Part shown: piece by piece, positions 26,689 through 32,000 of the stretch
Layout of the letters: each line of letters opens with the position of its first letter
Position numbering within the stretch: the first letter of the stretch is position 1
From: an uncultured Oscillospiraceae bacterium
GTDB taxonomy: Bacteria > Bacillota > Clostridia > Oscillospirales > Oscillospiraceae
DNA length: 32,000 nucleotides
Direction: 5' to 3'
Assembly (NCBI GenBank): GCA_934527315.1
Contig: CAKTAK010000009.1
Location: 22,835 to 54,834 of the forward strand
Program-made: the position numbers and the translations under genes
Notes under the pieces: model-generated
What the model saw: the letters and a program-made list of their open reading frames with translations, nothing else
The model's database searches: none
Told to the model about the DNA's origin: nothing

Positions 26689-27938
26689 ACATTAAAGATA
26701 TTCAGCCTGCAATGTGGGAGCGGGCAGCACGTGTGGAGCAGGGCTTGCTGGGAAGATTTGCGGAAATTGACCAAGTGGCGCAGCAGAATACCCTGCGGGT
26801 GATGGAGGCATTCCAGAATCAGCGGGTGACGGAGGGCTGCTTTGCCGGAACCACCGGCTACGGCTACGATGATATGGGCCGGGAAACGCTGGACAAGCTG
26901 TATGCGGAGATTTTCGGCGCAGAGGCTGCATTGGTCCGCATCGGATTTGTGAACGGCACCCATACCATTTCCGCAGCGCTGTTTGCTGCGCTGAAACCGG
27001 GGGATACCTTGATGTCCGTGACCGGTTTGCCTTACGATACCATGCGCACCGTCATCGGCATTGCCGGCGATGAATTCGGCAGCCTGAAGTTCTACGGCAT
27101 GCACTATGACCAGGTGGACCTGAATGGGGCAGGGGAGCCGGATTATCCGGAAATCTCCCGCCGCGTGGCAGAGGTTCGTCCGGCAGCGGTGTTGATTCAG
27201 CGCTCCCGCGGCTATGAGGAGCGGAAGGCGCTGTCCATTGCGGAAATCGGAAAAATTGTGGATTGCGTGAAACAGGCCAATCCGGATACCGTTGTGGTGG
27301 TGGATAACTGCTACGGCGAGTTCACGGAGACCATGGAGCCCACCCATGTGGGCGCAGATCTGATTGCAGGTTCTCTGATTAAAAACCCCGGCGGCGGCAT
27401 TGCGCCCATGGGCGGATATATTGCCGGTCGGCAGGATTTGGTGGACCGGGCAGCCAATCGGCAGACGACCCCCGGCATCGGCGCCGAGTGCGGCGCAACG
27501 CTGGGCAACAACCGTCTGCTGTATCAAGGTCTGTTTTTGGCCCCCCATACGGTGGCGCAGGCACTGAAAACCGCCGTATTCTGCGCGGCATTGTTCACCG
27601 ATATGGGCTATGAGACCTACCCGGCACCTATGGACCCCCGGGACGATGTTGTGCAGATGGTGAAACTGCGGACGCCGGAAAATCTGAAGAAATTCTGCAA
27701 GGGCATTCAGGAAGGATCCCCGGTGGATTCCTTTGTTGTTCCCGAGCCTTGGCAGATGCCCGGCTATGACTGCGATGTGATTATGGCAGCTGGTGCGTTC
27801 ATTCAGGGTTCTTCCATTGAGCTGTCTGCGGACGGTCCGCTGCGGGAGCCGTACATGGTGTACGTGCAGGGCGGTTTGACCTATGAATCGGGAAAACTCG
27901 GCATTTTGCTTGCCGCTTCGGAAATGATGGACAACTAA
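26685..27938 (+). CDS. YnbB-type PLP enzyme (methionine gamma-lyase-like 'aluminium resistance' family)
   Basis: GTG start in a GTGA overlap with the upstream stop. N-terminus with QNTLRVMEAFQNQRVTEGCFAGTTGYGYDDMGRETLDKLYAEIFGAEAALVR, later GSLIKNPGGGIAP, as I recall for this family. Confidence 0.82.
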   Translation: MNIKDIQPAMWERAARVEQGLLGRFAEIDQVAQQNTLRVMEAFQNQRVTEGCFAGTTGYGYDDMGRETLDKLYAEIFGAEAALVRIGFVNGTHTISAALFAALKPGDTLMSVTGLPYDTMRTVIGIAGDEFGSLKFYGMHYDQVDLNGAGEPDYPEISRRVAEVRPAAVLIQRSRGYEERKALSIAEIGKIVDCVKQANPDTVVVVDNCYGEFTETMEPTHVGADLIAGSLIKNPGGGIAPMGGYIAGRQDLVDRAANRQTTPGIGAECGATLGNNRLLYQGLFLAPHTVAQALKTAVFCAALFTDMGYETYPAPMDPRDDVVQMVKLRTPENLKKFCKGIQEGSPVDSFVVPEPWQMPGYDCDVIMAAGAFIQGSSIELSADGPLREPYMVYVQGGLTYESGKLGILLAASEMMDN

Positions 27939-27968
27939 TGGTGCATAGACTGGGATAGAGGTGATTCT

Positions 27969-30609
<2,641 letters not shown>

Positions 30610-30621
30610 GGAGCATTTTTC

Positions 30622-31512
30622 TTGATACAATTTCGCGATTTAACCCTAGAAGATATTCCCCGGGTACGGACGTTTTTTGACGCCTATCGGTCCCGGTCCT
30701 GCGATGCCACCGTGGGCGGCACCTTTATGTGGAGAAAGTACTTTGAAACCCAGATTTATATGGACGATACGGTGCTGCTGTTCAAGGTGAAACGGAGCGC
30801 GGATAACATTGCGTTCATCACCCCTTACGGAGACTTGAACCGGGGGTGCACGCTGCTGAAGGAATACTGCCGGGAAACGGGAATGCAGCCGGCATTTTGC
30901 GCCGTGACCAAGCGGGAGCTGGCGCTGTTGGAGCAGTATTTCACCATTGAATCCGTGCAGTTTAACCGCATGTGGAGCGATTATCTCTATCAGGCGGAGG
31001 ACCACCGGACGTTTTCCGGAAAGAAGTTTTCCGGGCAGCGGAACCATGTGAACAAATTCCTGAAAAGCTATGAAAACTGGAGCTTTGAACCGATTACGGC
31101 GGAGAATCTGGCGCAGGCGCAGGAGTTTTGCATGGAAATTGAACATCTCCGGGAAAAAGAATCGGACACCTACCAAGCGGAAGAAGAGATTCTCCGGGAG
31201 GTCTTTTCCAATTACGGGGATTATGGATTTTTCGGCAATCTGCTCCGGGTAGACGGCACCATCGTCGCCATGGCGCTGGGAGAGATTGTGGGGGACACGC
31301 TGTTTGTCCACGTGGAAAAAGCCCGGAGGGATTACTTCGGCGCCTTTCAGATGATTGTCCGGGAGTTTGCAAAAGCCCACACCGGCGGCGCTGTGCAGTA
31401 TATCAACCGGGAGGACGATTCCGGAGACCCGGGTCTGCGGACGTCCAAACTGTCCTATCAGCCGGTGGAGCTGTTGGATAAAGCTACGGTCCGGGTGTCG
31501 TTCCGGGATTGA
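30622..31512 (+). CDS. Standalone DUF2156 protein (MprF/LysX C-terminal aminoacyl-transferase-like, GNAT fold)
   Basis: TTG start with AAGGAG 8 nt upstream. FSGKKFSGQRNHVNKF, HVEKARRDYFGAFQMI and INREDDSGDPGLRTSKLSYQP resemble conserved blocks of the DUF2156/LPG_synthase_C family (from memory). Confidence 0.7.
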   Translation: MIQFRDLTLEDIPRVRTFFDAYRSRSCDATVGGTFMWRKYFETQIYMDDTVLLFKVKRSADNIAFITPYGDLNRGCTLLKEYCRETGMQPAFCAVTKRELALLEQYFTIESVQFNRMWSDYLYQAEDHRTFSGKKFSGQRNHVNKFLKSYENWSFEPITAENLAQAQEFCMEIEHLREKESDTYQAEEEILREVFSNYGDYGFFGNLLRVDGTIVAMALGEIVGDTLFVHVEKARRDYFGAFQMIVREFAKAHTGGAVQYINREDDSGDPGLRTSKLSYQPVELLDKATVRVSFRD

Positions 31513-31645
31513 GCAGGGGAGAATTCACAATAAGTTCAAATTCATTTCATAATTTGGAAGTAAGTTTCCGTTATGATGGCAACATCAAGAAACGATATGC
31601 AAATCGAAATTGATTCTCTTTCTCTTTTCCCCTTTTTATCTAATA

Positions 31646-31676
31646 GCGAAAAGCTCGGACTTTCCGAGCTTTTCGC
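31646..31676 (+). terminator. Perfect 13-bp hairpin in the intergenic leader, possible terminator or attenuator
   Basis: GCGAAAAGCTCGG-ACTTT-CCGAGCTTTTCGC. The TTTT is part of or immediately after the inner GCTCGG/CCGAGC stem. It lies 134 nt after the DUF2156 stop and 26 nt before the next ATG. Confidence 0.4.
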
Positions 31677-31701
31677 GCATACTGACATGGAGGTTATGAC
31701 G

Positions 31702-31929
31702 ATGAAGAAATTTTATAAAGGCTTGCTGGCCGGAGGTGCAATTGCAGCCGTTTCCGCTGCTGCCGGCGCACTGCTGTATAAGCGGTACATGGACGATTTT
31801 TATGAGTACATCACCGATGAGGCCACTGCATACGATGATGACGATGTGCAGATGACCGATGAAACCGGCGTAACGGAAGATGATTTTGAAACTGTGGAGA
31901 ACCACGAAACCGGCGTCTCCGACCGATAA
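31702..31929 (+). CDS. Hypothetical 75-aa protein: N-terminal TM anchor plus highly acidic tail
   Basis: ATG 31702 with GGAGG 8 nt upstream. Encodes MKKFYKGLLAGGAIAAVSAAAGALLY followed by a D/E-rich tail. The track start 31573 would translate through the hairpin and polypyrimidine tract, so it is rejected. Confidence 0.45.
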   Translation: MKKFYKGLLAGGAIAAVSAAAGALLYKRYMDDFYEYITDEATAYDDDDVQMTDETGVTEDDFETVENHETGVSDR

Positions 31930-31940
31930 GCTGATCAATT

Positions 31941-31990
31941 GGTGCGAACTTTGACGGACAATTCTGTCGGTTCGCGCCATTTTTTCTTTT
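31941..31990 (+). terminator. Rho-independent terminator
   Basis: GGTGCGAAC/GTTCGCGCC outer stem with an inner GACA/TGTC stem, followed by ATTTTTTCTTTTG. Confidence 0.7.
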
Positions 31991-32000
31991 GTCTGTGATA

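Overview
This window is a GC-rich chromosomal core region with G/C-biased third codon positions, transcribed almost entirely on the + strand. It looks like a spore-forming Clostridia-type Firmicute. I see no CRISPR array, IS element or transposase, phage genes, tRNA or rRNA. I also see no convincing defence or toxin system, and I do not want to oversell one.

Gene content, in order:
- A 5'-truncated class V aminotransferase.
- The c-di-AMP module cdaA-cdaR, followed by an RseC-like gene.
- The conserved Bacillus-style 'ylo' supercluster: yicC-remA-gmk-rpoZ-priA-def-fmt-rsmB-rlmN-prpC-prkC-rsgA.
- A small sporulation locus: a 52-aa membrane ORF, a 22-codon spoVM that is absent from the supplied ORF track, and a DUF3794+LysM SipL/SpoVID-like gene.
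- yebC.
- An FMN riboswitch driving ribD-ribE-ribBA-ribH.
- A minus-strand lipoprotein gene.
- A minus-strand type A RNase P RNA (rnpB), which two spurious + ORFs in the track hide.
- An orphan murD.
- Two tandem M42 aminopeptidase paralogs plus a YnbB-type PLP enzyme.
- yunB, ligA, a standalone DUF2156 (MprF C-terminal-like) protein, and a small acidic membrane-anchored ORF.

Several near-consensus sigma-A promoters and intrinsic terminators are readable directly.

The most interesting items are small-scale:
- the unannotated spoVM micro-ORF and its neighbours;
- a structured cdaA leader;
- a non-canonical cdaA operon (no glmM, RseC-like gene instead);
- back-to-back rnpB/murD promoters;
- an odd leader region upstream of the last small ORF.

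The very long minus-strand ORFs (up to 872 aa) are antisense artefacts of GC-rich coding sequence.
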